Shown: positions 28,931 through 37,874, numbered from the stretch's first letter. The stretch: DNA of 64,000 nucleotides from Bacteroidales bacterium (GCA_017649855.1 JAGCGA010000007.1:65339-129338), one strand, 5' to 3'. The notes: generated from the sequence alone by a model not told the origin. Program-made: numbers and translations.

Positions 28931-29725
28931 TTACACTCTATTTAACAAACACAACACAATGGCTCCTGCCACGATGGCCATACCAAAGCTAAGCAAGGTG
29001 CCGACCAACACATATTCTGACTTGTTCGTGGCACTATCTTTGAAACGCAGGAGTGATTTCGCAGCCAGCAGGAAACCGATGGCTTCAAAATGGCCAAACA
29101 TCATAAAAATCAAAGTTAACAATCGCTCCACATCGCCAATCACATGTCCTGCATTGGGCAAATCTTGAGCGGATGCTGGCACATCGGCATCATTGTCTTC
29201 TTGTGATGACGAATCAGACGCAGGATCGTGCGGACACTTGATTTGGGCGTTGGACAGAATTTCACCGATGAAAATATTGGCCGGACGCAGACAAAAGGCA
29301 AAGGCGGTGATCCAGAGCCATGTGGAGTTGGAGATCATATTGAGCGGGGTGACCACGCCATCATAGGGAATTTTATAGCTCACGGTACTGCCAAACCAGG
29401 CAACCACCGCACCAATGACCAGCAGGTGCAACGCTTGGTCTATAAAAAACACCCAAGGGACCTTTTTGAAATGAGCTTTCAACCCGTCAATCACACCATG
29501 CAGCACGGCAATGACCATGGAAGCCCACCAAAAATCAAAAGTATAGGGATACAGGAGCGACAACATCCAAGAACAGAAGAAGGTGATGGCCACATGCACG
29601 TACAAATGCGGTGATTGGAATCCCCATTTGGCCTTATCCTGGCAAGATTTACCTGTTTGCAGATAAAAATCGCTGATGATATGAGCCAATATCTGCAATA
29701 TGAAGAGTTTAATCATCATTATCAA
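28931..29725 (-). CDS. DUF3307 membrane protein (SatE-like)
   Basis: N-terminus LFILQILAHIISDFYLQT, later HGVIDGLKAH and DQALHLL. Start overlaps the SatD-like stop by 8-17 nt depending on which Met is used. Confidence 0.6.
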   Translation of the reverse strand: MIMMIKLFILQILAHIISDFYLQTGKSCQDKAKWGFQSPHLYVHVAITFFCSWMLSLLYPYTFDFWWASMVIAVLHGVIDGLKAHFKKVPWVFFIDQALHLLVIGAVVAWFGSTVSYKIPYDGVVTPLNMISNSTWLWITAFAFCLRPANIFIGEILSNAQIKCPHDPASDSSSQEDNDADVPASAQDLPNAGHVIGDVERLLTLIFMMFGHFEAIGFLLAAKSLLRFKDSATNKSEYVLVGTLLSFGMAIVAGAIVLCLLNRV

Positions 29726-30416
29726 GATTTAGGGTTTCATAGTAAAGCACCGCCTGCTCCAATGCGTTCCAGCCGACCGCGGTGCTATGCTGATTGACAG
29801 CTGATTGCTTGATATTCAATATTTCAGCTATCTCCATCTCTGTTTTTCCGGAGAGTTTCTGATACAAGACCTCGCACTGACGCGCATTGGCCTTTCGAAG
29901 CAACACGTCGATGAGGCCCAACAACACATTCATCTGTTGCGTCAAGGAGTCGTTGTCGGCTTTGAAGAAGAGAGTATTCTTGATCACCGCCCGCTCCTTC
30001 TGGGAGGTTCCTTGGTATTCCATCAAGCGCCCGGCGTAGTAGATAGCCTCGCCATCCAGCGTATCACGCTCTTTGTCGGCAACACGCATTTCGCCCAAGC
30101 CGATAGCCATCCGAATGCCATATTTCTTGAAAAGGATTCTTTTATTTTTCCTTTCCGGAGTTGCGTCTTCCAGATCCTTCAAAGGCATCTGTTTCACCAA
30201 CGTCTTCAATTTCAAGGCCGTACGCAGCGCTTTGTGGGGATCAGACAAGAAAATCTCCACCGCGTCTCCCTTGACTATTCTACCCCACTGTGTGGTAGTA
30301 TCGTCATGTTCAAGTTCACTCAAGAAACGGCGGATACTTTGGTTAAGGGCACTCTTCTCCTCCATGGACAAGGAGGAAGAGGATACGATATCGGCTGAGA
30401 TAGCTGCTTGTACCAT
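29709..30416 (-). CDS. SatD-like protein: cyclase-homology-like N-domain plus C-terminal HTH
   Basis: N-terminus AAISADIVSSSSL ... IVKGDAVEIF. C-terminus QCEVLYQKLSGKTEMEIAEILNIKQSAVNQHS is a sigma70-region4/LuxR-type HTH. Confidence 0.55.
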   Translation of the reverse strand: MVQAAISADIVSSSSLSMEEKSALNQSIRRFLSELEHDDTTTQWGRIVKGDAVEIFLSDPHKALRTALKLKTLVKQMPLKDLEDATPERKNKRILFKKYGIRMAIGLGEMRVADKERDTLDGEAIYYAGRLMEYQGTSQKERAVIKNTLFFKADNDSLTQQMNVLLGLIDVLLRKANARQCEVLYQKLSGKTEMEIAEILNIKQSAVNQHSTAVGWNALEQAVLYYETLNLDNDD

Positions 30417-30433
30417 AATAAAAATTTTGGGTG

Positions 30434-30441
30434 CAAAGATA
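30434..30441 (-). promoter_or_regulatory. -7 box TATCTTTG
   Basis: 18 nt upstream of the SatD-like ATG at 30416, and 7 nt from the first operator-like unit. Confidence 0.5.
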
Positions 30442-30447
30442 CATTTT

Positions 30448-30534
30448 TTATAAGTAAAAACACTTATAAAAATAATTTATAAGTAAAAAAGCTTATAATA
30501 CATATTTATAAGCAAATAGACTTATAAACAAGGT
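30448..30534 (-). promoter_or_regulatory. three tandem 29-bp units, each with inverted repeat TTATAAG-N8-CTTATAA (candidate operator array)
   Basis: Units start at 30448, 30477, 30506. Half-sites at 30448, 30463, 30477, 30492, 30506, 30521. Array lies between the galE stop and the -7 box of the SatD-like gene. Confidence 0.6.
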
Positions 30535-31571
30535 CAATGAGATCCTTCGGAATCCAGATATTGTTCCCATTTCCAGGCGCTCTCCATCATATCATGCACA
30601 TTATAGCGGCAATTCCAATGAAGGAGGGTATTGGCGCGGGAGCTGTCGCCGTAGATAGCGGGGATGTCGCCTGCGCGGCGGCCGCCGACGGTATAGTTGA
30701 GTTTATGGCCGACGACCTCCTCGGCGGCCGCCAGCATCTCCATCACGGAAATGCCGTTGCCGCTGCCCAGGTTGAAGACCTCGCACTGTTCCTGATTACG
30801 GTGTTCGAGCAGATAGTCCATGGCCTTGACGTGCGCATCAGCGATATCGGAGACATGGAGATAGTCACGGATGCAGGAGCCGTCGCGTGTATCGTAGTCG
30901 GTGCCGAACACCTGCATCGAGGGCTGCTTGCCTGAAGCCACCCGCATGATGATGGGCACCAGATTGTTGGGCTTGTCGGGCGAAAGTTCGCCGTTCATGC
31001 CGGAGATGTGCGCTCCCACGGGGTTGAAGTAGCGAAGGATGAGCGCGTTCATAGAGGGATTGGGCACCATCATATTGCGAATCATCTCCTCCCCTATCTG
31101 TTTGGTATGCGCATAGGGGCAGAAAGCCTGACCCATCGGAGTCTTCTCGCTGACGGGCAGATTCTTGACATCGCCATACACGGAGCAGGAAGAGGAGAAT
31201 ATCAGTGCCTGGATGCCGAAGTGCAGGCAGGCCTCCAACACGTTGGCCAGCGCGCCGAGGTTATTGCGATAGTACATCAGCGGCTGCTCCACCGACTCGC
31301 CCACAGCCTTGTAGGCGGCGAAATGGATGATACCTTGTATGTCGGGATTCTCCTCAAAGACCTTGAAAAAGGCTGCCTTGTCGCAGATATCGACCTTGTA
31401 GTTGGGCACCTTCACGCCAGTGATCCGCTCCACGCGGCGCATTGTCTCGGGTGTACTTCTGACATTGTTATCCACGGACACCACTTCATAACGGCCACTT
31501 TGCACCAGCTCAATGATGGTGTGGGAGCCGATATAGCCACAACCGCCGGTCACCATAATTTTCTTCTTCAT
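30534..31571 (-). CDS. galE: UDP-glucose 4-epimerase
   Basis: VTGGCGYIGSH, YAHTK (YxxxK), 345 aa. Confidence 0.9.
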   Translation of the reverse strand: MKKKIMVTGGCGYIGSHTIIELVQSGRYEVVSVDNNVRSTPETMRRVERITGVKVPNYKVDICDKAAFFKVFEENPDIQGIIHFAAYKAVGESVEQPLMYYRNNLGALANVLEACLHFGIQALIFSSSCSVYGDVKNLPVSEKTPMGQAFCPYAHTKQIGEEMIRNMMVPNPSMNALILRYFNPVGAHISGMNGELSPDKPNNLVPIIMRVASGKQPSMQVFGTDYDTRDGSCIRDYLHVSDIADAHVKAMDYLLEHRNQEQCEVFNLGSGNGISVMEMLAAAEEVVGHKLNYTVGGRRAGDIPAIYGDSSRANTLLHWNCRYNVHDMMESAWKWEQYLDSEGSH

Positions 31572-31592
31572 ATCTCAGGTATAAATGATTGC

Positions 31593-32402
31593 TTAATATT
31601 TGACTGTCAGTTCGCCGATACACTTGCCCCGGTTGACCATCTGGCAGATGCGGGTCTTGCCGACCACGATAGGCTCCGCCAGTTCCGTATGGGAATGGCC
31701 TCCGATGATGACATCGATTTCCGGGACTGCTTGTGCAATATCCTTGTCGTTGACCTGGCCTTCCAGAAGTCCCAGGTGGGAGAGGCAGATGATCATGTCA
31801 CAGCCCTTCTGCTGCAGTTTGGCCACCACGCGTCGGGCTTCGGGGATAGGATCGAGATAGGTCACCTCCTGGGCAATCTCCGGGGACACCAGCGCGTTCA
31901 AGTTCACGCAGAGGCCGAAGATGCCGATCTTCAGTCCGTCCTTCTGGATGATGGTGTACTCCTTCATGGCCCGCTTCAGGGCTTTGTTATGGTATTGGTA
32001 GTTACAGCAGAGAACGGGGAACTTGGCTTTGCGGATGCGTTTGGCCAGTTCTGCCGAGCCATTGTCGAACTCATGGTTGCCCAGGGTAGCGGCATCGTAG
32101 CCCAGCTGGTTCATCAAGGTAATCTCCACATAGCCTTTGAAGAAGTTGAAGTACGGGGTCCCTTGGGAGAAGTCGCCTGCGTCGAGCAGGAGCAGCTGCG
32201 GGTGCTGTTGGCGCATCTCACGCACATAAGCCTCTCTCCGGAGGATACCGCCCACATTGACATCATTCTGATAGGAATAGGGTTCTATTTGACTGTGTGT
32301 GTCGTTGGTATGGAGGATGACCAGCTCGCGAGTCTGCGCGCCAACGACAGAAAAGGCAACGCAGAACAACAATAACAGGCTGGTTCGCAATAGTTTTTTC
32401 AT
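31593..32402 (-). CDS. metallophosphoesterase (5-prime-nucleotidase N-terminal domain type)
   Basis: Signal peptide. ILHTNDTHS, DAGD, GNHEFD, GGHSH. Start at MKKLLRT (32402). No C-terminal nucleotidase domain. Confidence 0.8.
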   Translation of the reverse strand: MKKLLRTSLLLLFCVAFSVVGAQTRELVILHTNDTHSQIEPYSYQNDVNVGGILRREAYVREMRQQHPQLLLLDAGDFSQGTPYFNFFKGYVEITLMNQLGYDAATLGNHEFDNGSAELAKRIRKAKFPVLCCNYQYHNKALKRAMKEYTIIQKDGLKIGIFGLCVNLNALVSPEIAQEVTYLDPIPEARRVVAKLQQKGCDMIICLSHLGLLEGQVNDKDIAQAVPEIDVIIGGHSHTELAEPIVVGKTRICQMVNRGKCIGELTVKY

Positions 32403-32419
32403 AATCAGAATATAATCTG

Positions 32420-32427
32420 CAAATATA
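32420..32427 (-). promoter_or_regulatory. -7 box TATATTTG
   Basis: 18 nt upstream of the ATG at 32402. Confidence 0.45.
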
Positions 32428-32468
32428 GACAATTTGCGGATACATGCCAAAGATTATTTTCCCTGATT

Positions 32469-32496
32469 GTAGAGACGTTCCATGGAACGTCTCTAC
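32469..32496. repeat. 28-bp perfect palindrome GTAGAGACGTTCCATGGAACGTCTCTAC
   Basis: Self-complementary over all 28 nt. Read directly. Confidence 0.9.
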
Positions 32497-32511
32497 GGGA
32501 CGACAGGGCAC

Positions 32512-32541
32512 AAAAAAAGCAGAGCTTGGACTCTGCTTTTT
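32512..32541 (-). terminator. intrinsic terminator downstream of kdd (bidirectional shape)
   Basis: A-run, stem GCAGAG / CTCTGC with 6-nt loop, T-run. On the minus strand it reads GCAGAGTCCAAGCTCTGCTTTTTTT, 35 nt after the kdd stop. Confidence 0.7.
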
Positions 32542-32575
32542 CTCGTCAAAAAATTATTACTATATGGTATAGGGG

Positions 32576-33649
32576 TTATGCGTAGAGTTCTTCGAAGATC
32601 TTGCGCATCTCGGGGCTTTCGCGCAGCTCTTGCAGTGTAAACTCTGCATGTCCCTTCGTATAGCCGTTACCCATGATCATGTTCACATCGCTGCCGATGC
32701 CTTCGGCACCGAGGCTAGCCTTGGTGAAGCTGGTGGCCATGGAGAAGAAATAAACGATGCCGTCGTCCTTGGTGCAGAGCACAGCGGTCATCTCCTGGTC
32801 AGGAACATTGACGCAGTTGATGGTGACGTCGGCCATCTTGCCGTTGGTGAGTTTCTCGATCAGTTCATAGACCTGAACGGGGGTCATGCCGGCAGCAGAC
32901 TCCACGATATCGCAGAAGCCGAGGTCTTTGATACGTTGGGTGCTCTTCGGGCTGTTGGCAATACCGATCACCTTACCGGTAACGCCCACGCGTTTCTTGG
33001 CTTCATAGCAGCAGAGCATACCGCTCTTACCGCCAGCACCGAGGATCACAACGGTCTGACCATATTGGCACAGCTTAGCCGTCTGGGCGGGAGCACCAGC
33101 CACGTCGAGGGCACTCAAGGCGAGTTTCTCAGGCATGTCGGTCGGGATCTTGGCATAGATGCCGCTCTCGAAGAGAATGGCTTTACCTTTGATATCCACC
33201 TGATCCACTTCCGGACGGATCTCCAAAATCTCATCGATACGCAAAGGAGTCAGAGAGAGGCTGACCAGCGTGGCGACACGGTCACCTTCCTTCAGGTCGA
33301 TCTTGCCCTTCAGAGCATCACCGATCTTCTCGACACGGCCGAGGAGCATACCACCGGAACCCGTACGACGGTTGCGGTGCTTGCCTTGCAACTCGACATT
33401 CAACAGCATCTCTTTCTTAATCTCTTCCATGACAGCTTCAGTGCTGGCACCTTCACCAGCCTGTTGCTTGGCATAATTGTGGATATCCGTAAAAGAGGCG
33501 GAATCTATGTTCAACGTCTGAACGTCGATGAGAATCTCATTGTCATAGATTTCATCCATGTTGTTGTCAATCTTGTTGGCCGGCTGCGGAAGCACGCCCT
33601 TGGGTTCAATGACACGATGGGTGCCGTATTTGTTGCCTTTCTTTTGCAT
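32576..33649 (-). CDS. kdd: L-erythro-3,5-diaminohexanoate dehydrogenase
   Basis: N-terminus GTHRVIEPKGVLPQPA...EIYDNEILIDVQTLNIDSASF and Rossmann VVILGAGGKSG match my memory of Kdd of lysine fermenters. Confidence 0.7.
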   Translation of the reverse strand: MQKKGNKYGTHRVIEPKGVLPQPANKIDNNMDEIYDNEILIDVQTLNIDSASFTDIHNYAKQQAGEGASTEAVMEEIKKEMLLNVELQGKHRNRRTGSGGMLLGRVEKIGDALKGKIDLKEGDRVATLVSLSLTPLRIDEILEIRPEVDQVDIKGKAILFESGIYAKIPTDMPEKLALSALDVAGAPAQTAKLCQYGQTVVILGAGGKSGMLCCYEAKKRVGVTGKVIGIANSPKSTQRIKDLGFCDIVESAAGMTPVQVYELIEKLTNGKMADVTINCVNVPDQEMTAVLCTKDDGIVYFFSMATSFTKASLGAEGIGSDVNMIMGNGYTKGHAEFTLQELRESPEMRKIFEELYA

Positions 33650-33704
33650 ATTGTTTTGATTTTTAATTTGATAGAACTAATCTGTTGCTCGAAAGAAGCA
33701 GGTG

Positions 33705-33712
33705 CAAAAATA
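33705..33712 (-). promoter_or_regulatory. -7 box TATTTTTG
   Basis: 56 nt upstream of the kdd ATG at 33649. Confidence 0.4.
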
Positions 33713-33781
33713 GTGATTTTTTTTGAATTTAGAATCACCCTCTAAAAAATAATCCACAAATATTTGTTTATTATATCTATT

Positions 33782-34564
33782 TCACTGACTGTCAGCATCA
33801 GACTGCGCCTCCTGCCGGATAAAATCGGACATCAGCCGGTATATTTCCCGCCATCGGGGGTCGGCAAGGGCCGCCAGATGGTGCCGCATCACCTCCTCAT
33901 CCCCACGTCGCGCGGGACCGGTCTGAGCCTCCCGGGGCGACATCCCCTGCAGCTTGTGGACCGACTGTTCCAACAACGGCAGGATCAGGCTCCGGTCGAG
34001 CTGGTGTTGCTGCAGGATCTGATCGGCCACCTGGTACATGACATTCGAGAAGTTACAGGCGAAGACGGAAGCCAGATGGGCGTAGAAACGCTGCTCCCCA
34101 CTCAGCGGCCGGACCGTGTCGGACAGGGCCTCCGCCAGTGACAGCAGCCTCTCGCGAAAGGGACCTGCCTGGTCGCACTCCACGCATAGCGGCACCTGGA
34201 GGGCAGACATGTCCGCCGTCTTGGAGAAGGTCTGCAAAGGATACAGGACCCCGTAATGGTCAGCATACGGACGGAAGATCTCCTGGGGGACAGACCCGGC
34301 GGTATGGACCGCCAGCGGCATCCTGAAGGAAATCTGCGGCAGCACCTGCGGCAGTGCGTCATCGCTAAGCGCAAAGATATAGACCCCACAATGGGGATCC
34401 AGCCTCGACAAATCGTCAATGGCCTCAGCCCCGCACATGTCTGCCACCACCCGGGCATGTTCCAGCCGGCGGCTATAGACCTGCGTCACGGGGAACTCCT
34501 GACTATCCCGGAGTCGCGTCGCCAGCCACGTGGCCACATTTCCCGATCCTAACAGGGCAACCAT
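33782..34564 (-). CDS. Rossmann-like / DUF2520 domain protein
   Basis: LLGSGNVATWLA, HTAGS, TGPARRGD. Confidence 0.65.
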   Translation of the reverse strand: MVALLGSGNVATWLATRLRDSQEFPVTQVYSRRLEHARVVADMCGAEAIDDLSRLDPHCGVYIFALSDDALPQVLPQISFRMPLAVHTAGSVPQEIFRPYADHYGVLYPLQTFSKTADMSALQVPLCVECDQAGPFRERLLSLAEALSDTVRPLSGEQRFYAHLASVFACNFSNVMYQVADQILQQHQLDRSLILPLLEQSVHKLQGMSPREAQTGPARRGDEEVMRHHLAALADPRWREIYRLMSDFIRQEAQSDADSQ

Positions 34565-36234
34565 TAGTACTTGAATTTGCTTCCACCCACAAACTCTCTC
34601 AATATAGAGGTCGGCGGGATGTCACTCTCATAAATGGGTTGGAAGAACGAGAGGAACTTCAGCAGACTGCTGGCTGCAGCATATTGCGGGACGGTCTCGG
34701 GCACCTCCCGGAGGATGGGAATCGCATAGTTTTTCAGCAGTCCCAGCTCAAAGATGAGCGAGGTGTTGATCATCACATCGGCATTCTCCTGGTAGGGGAA
34801 GATGTTCTTCTCCTCCCCCCGGCGCACGCTGTTCCACCGCTTGAGAGTGTCCAGGGCGGAATAGCCACGATAGTTGTAGTCGCGGACAATGCGGCGGATC
34901 AGACGGTTGATCGTCGTGGGAATCGGGTTCTGCCGGTCAATGGAGATGGAGGTCAGGGCAGAGACGAAGATCTTAAACTTCAGGTCATCGGGAAGCTGTT
35001 CGGTCAACTTGGGATTCAGACAATGGATGCCCTCCACCACCATGATGGAGTTCTCTTCCAGTTGGAGGGTCTTGCCAGTCCACAACTTGGAGCCCTTGGC
35101 GAAGTCAAAGGTCGGAATCTCCACGCATTCGCCGGCCACCAGTCTCTTCAGGGTATCGTTGAACAACGGCAGGTCTATGGCTTCCAGAGCTTCAAAATCC
35201 TTCTCCCCATTGGCATCCAGAGGTGTCTCGTCACGCTCCACGAAGAAGTCGTCCACGGAAATCTGCACGGGCTTGTAGCCCAAGACGGCCAGCTGCACGG
35301 AGAGTCGGCGACAGGTGCTCGTCTTGCCCGAGCTGGAAGGTCCGCTGATGAGGACCATCTTCACCCCCTGGCGATGGTGGATCTGGTCGGCCACATTGGC
35401 AATCCATTTCTCCTGGAAAGCCTCCGCCACCAGGATGGTCTCCAACGCCCTACCATTCTTCACGATGCGATTCATGTCGCTAACTGTCACCACCCCGATC
35501 TTCTCGGCCCAGTCTTTGGACATCTGATACTGGGCAAAGAGTTTGGGGTTGCTATGCGTCTTCGGCAACACCTTGACATTCTTGGCTGAGGGTATCTTCA
35601 GCAAGATGCCGTTCTCATACTTCTCCAGCCCGAAGAGCTGCAGATAGCCGGTGGAAGGCACCAGGTTGCCATAATAGTAGTTGACGGTGGTATCCAGACG
35701 GTAGACGGAGGTGAAGATCTTGTTGCGAGTCTTCAGCAGCTCGTATTTGTCTTCCATGCCCAGCTCTCCCAGGACCTCGATGGCATCGTCGGTCAACATC
35801 TCCACACGCTCGAAGGGGATGTTCATCTGCACAATCTTCTTCATATGCTGGAACATCTTCTTCACCAGTTCTTCCGTGATGGGCTCATCCATATTCTCCA
35901 GCGTACAGAAACGCCCCCCGGAGATGGAATGCTTGATGCGCAGTCTCACCTTGACTGGGAGCAGATCATGCACGGTCTTGCAGAGCAACAAATACAACGA
36001 ACGGATATAGAAGGGCCGGCCATAGCTGGAGTAATAGTCGAAGAAATCTATGATGGATGGCTTATGTATCTGATAGCCGAGATCATGCACGTTATTATTG
36101 ACCAAAGCACCCAGGTAGGGCGTCTCGGGCAGCAGCTGATGTTCCTGCAGGAAATCATAGAGTTTCTGCCCGAAAGGGGCATAAATCAAGGAGTTGGTGT
36201 TTTTGCAATATACAGGTATTGTTTGCATCGTCAA
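34564..36234 (-). CDS. nucleoside (uridine) kinase family protein with N-terminal TGS-like domain
   Basis: P-loop LISGPSSSGKTSTCRRL, then uridine-kinase-like core. 556 aa. Confidence 0.65.
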   Translation of the reverse strand: MTMQTIPVYCKNTNSLIYAPFGQKLYDFLQEHQLLPETPYLGALVNNNVHDLGYQIHKPSIIDFFDYYSSYGRPFYIRSLYLLLCKTVHDLLPVKVRLRIKHSISGGRFCTLENMDEPITEELVKKMFQHMKKIVQMNIPFERVEMLTDDAIEVLGELGMEDKYELLKTRNKIFTSVYRLDTTVNYYYGNLVPSTGYLQLFGLEKYENGILLKIPSAKNVKVLPKTHSNPKLFAQYQMSKDWAEKIGVVTVSDMNRIVKNGRALETILVAEAFQEKWIANVADQIHHRQGVKMVLISGPSSSGKTSTCRRLSVQLAVLGYKPVQISVDDFFVERDETPLDANGEKDFEALEAIDLPLFNDTLKRLVAGECVEIPTFDFAKGSKLWTGKTLQLEENSIMVVEGIHCLNPKLTEQLPDDLKFKIFVSALTSISIDRQNPIPTTINRLIRRIVRDYNYRGYSALDTLKRWNSVRRGEEKNIFPYQENADVMINTSLIFELGLLKNYAIPILREVPETVPQYAAASSLLKFLSFFQPIYESDIPPTSILREFVGGSKFKY

Positions 36235-36242
36235 AGGATTTG

Positions 36243-37874
36243 TTACAGTTTCACTCTTTTAAACATTCTGTCCCAGCGGATCTTGCCCTTCTCGCCCCAG
36301 GATTTGTACTTGTCCACGGAGAGCCAGACCATGGAGGGATGTCCCACGATATGGTCCTCGGGCACAAAGCCCCAGAAGCGGGAGTCGGCGGAGTTGTGGC
36401 GGTTGTCGCCCATCATAAAGTAGTAGTCCATCTGGAAAGTATAGGATTTCGCTTCCTGTCCATTGATGAAGATCTTGCCATCCTTGACCTCCAGCTTGTT
36501 GCCCTCATATTGGCGGATGATCTGCTCGTAGAGGACGATATTCTTCGGGTCAAGTTGGACGGTCATGCCCTTGGCGGGGATGGTGAGAGGGCCAAAGAAG
36601 TCCTTGTTCCACGGATAATCCGGGGAGTGCGGGAAGATGGCAGGGTCATACTGGCCGGCGGAGTCCTGGTAGCACTCCACCTGGAAGCCCATCTTGCGGA
36701 TATGATCGCACTGCTCTTGGTTGAGGCGGTAGAGGACGGTGTACTGGTCCACGCGCTGGGCGTCATCCTCATTGATGTCCAGCTCTTTACGTTTCTTCTG
36801 GGAGAGTTGCATGCCGGTAGGATGATAGACGAAGTAGGCGAATTGCATCCGTTTGGGGTTCTCGACGGCCTTGCCGTTGATATAGACCTGCTTGTCCACG
36901 ATCTTCAGCTCGTCGCCAGCCACTGCGATGCAGCGTTTCACGTAGTTCTCCCGCTTGTCCACGGGGCGGTCGATGACGTGATACTCTTTCCAGACGGCCT
37001 CGCGGCCTTTGCCGGGATAGTAGGCGCCGGCGTACTTCTGTTGGAGATACTGGATCATGTCGGGGCTATAGCGTCCCAGCACCTCTCTCTTCTCGGCGGG
37101 GGTGGCATTCGGGTTGAGCATGGCCTCAAACTCGCGCACGATGGCGTAGTAACTCTCGGCCTTGCGTTCCAGCACCACCGTGTCGCCATCGGGATAGTTG
37201 AACACCACCACATCGTTGTTGCGCAGGGAGCGCAGGGCCTTGGTGCGCATATAGGGCAGTTGGACGATCTTGGAGTAGGACTTCACCTCTGTCTTGGGGA
37301 TGGTGTTATGGACAAACGGAATCGCCACCGGCGTATTGGGCATGCGCACACCGTAAGAGAGCTTGGAGACGGTCAGGAAGTCGCCCACCATCAGGGAGCT
37401 CTCCATGGAGGAGGTCGGGATGGTGTACAGCTCAAACCAGCAGAGGCGGATGATATAGGCTAATGCGACGGCGAAGATGAGGGCGTCGCCCCAGGAGCGG
37501 GCGCTGCTCTTCTTCCACTCGGGCAGCTCCGTGATATATTCTTCTTTCTTGGAGAAGCCGAGATAGGGCAGATAGACGAAGAAGAAGAGCGTGCCGAGGA
37601 TCAGGGCGCCGTAGCCGTTCTTGTTAAAATGATGGATGGTCTCCCAGATAATATAGAAGAACATGAAGATGTTGAGGAAGGGGATGAGGAAGAGCAGCAT
37701 CCACCACCATTTTTTACGGATGACCTGGGTGATCCAAAGCCACACGTTATAGAAAGGTATCAAGGACTTCCAAGGGGCGATGCCAGCCTTTCGGAAGATA
37801 CCCCACAGGCCCACGAGGGTGCCGATGAGGCAGATGACACAGATGATACAAAGGGCGATTTTTGATATAAACAT
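36243..37874 (-). CDS. lepB: signal peptidase I with N-terminal DUF5684-like membrane extension
   Basis: IPTSSMESSL (Ser box), GDNRHNSADSRFWGFVPEDHIVG. First ~110 aa resemble small DUF5684 membrane proteins (KAGIAPWKSLIPFYN...KKWWWMLLFLIPF). Confidence 0.85.
   Translation of the reverse strand: MFISKIALCIICVICLIGTLVGLWGIFRKAGIAPWKSLIPFYNVWLWITQVIRKKWWWMLLFLIPFLNIFMFFYIIWETIHHFNKNGYGALILGTLFFFVYLPYLGFSKKEEYITELPEWKKSSARSWGDALIFAVALAYIIRLCWFELYTIPTSSMESSLMVGDFLTVSKLSYGVRMPNTPVAIPFVHNTIPKTEVKSYSKIVQLPYMRTKALRSLRNNDVVVFNYPDGDTVVLERKAESYYAIVREFEAMLNPNATPAEKREVLGRYSPDMIQYLQQKYAGAYYPGKGREAVWKEYHVIDRPVDKRENYVKRCIAVAGDELKIVDKQVYINGKAVENPKRMQFAYFVYHPTGMQLSQKKRKELDINEDDAQRVDQYTVLYRLNQEQCDHIRKMGFQVECYQDSAGQYDPAIFPHSPDYPWNKDFFGPLTIPAKGMTVQLDPKNIVLYEQIIRQYEGNKLEVKDGKIFINGQEAKSYTFQMDYYFMMGDNRHNSADSRFWGFVPEDHIVGHPSMVWLSVDKYKSWGEKGKIRWDRMFKRVKL

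Noticed and set aside
31008-32375. 455-aa plus-strand ORF opposite galE and the metallophosphoesterase gene
   Set aside because: It spans two well-supported minus-strand genes and their spacer, and has antisense-type composition. The same reasoning applies to 36219-37463, 47248-48573, 50635-52530, 15671-16669, 56894-57922 and 60860-62299.
34526-34533. CCACGTGG as a possible parS core
   Set aside because: The flanks (GCCAG...CCACA) do not match the TGTTNCACGTGAAACA consensus, and the site is inside the DUF2520 coding sequence. I found no convincing parS in the window.
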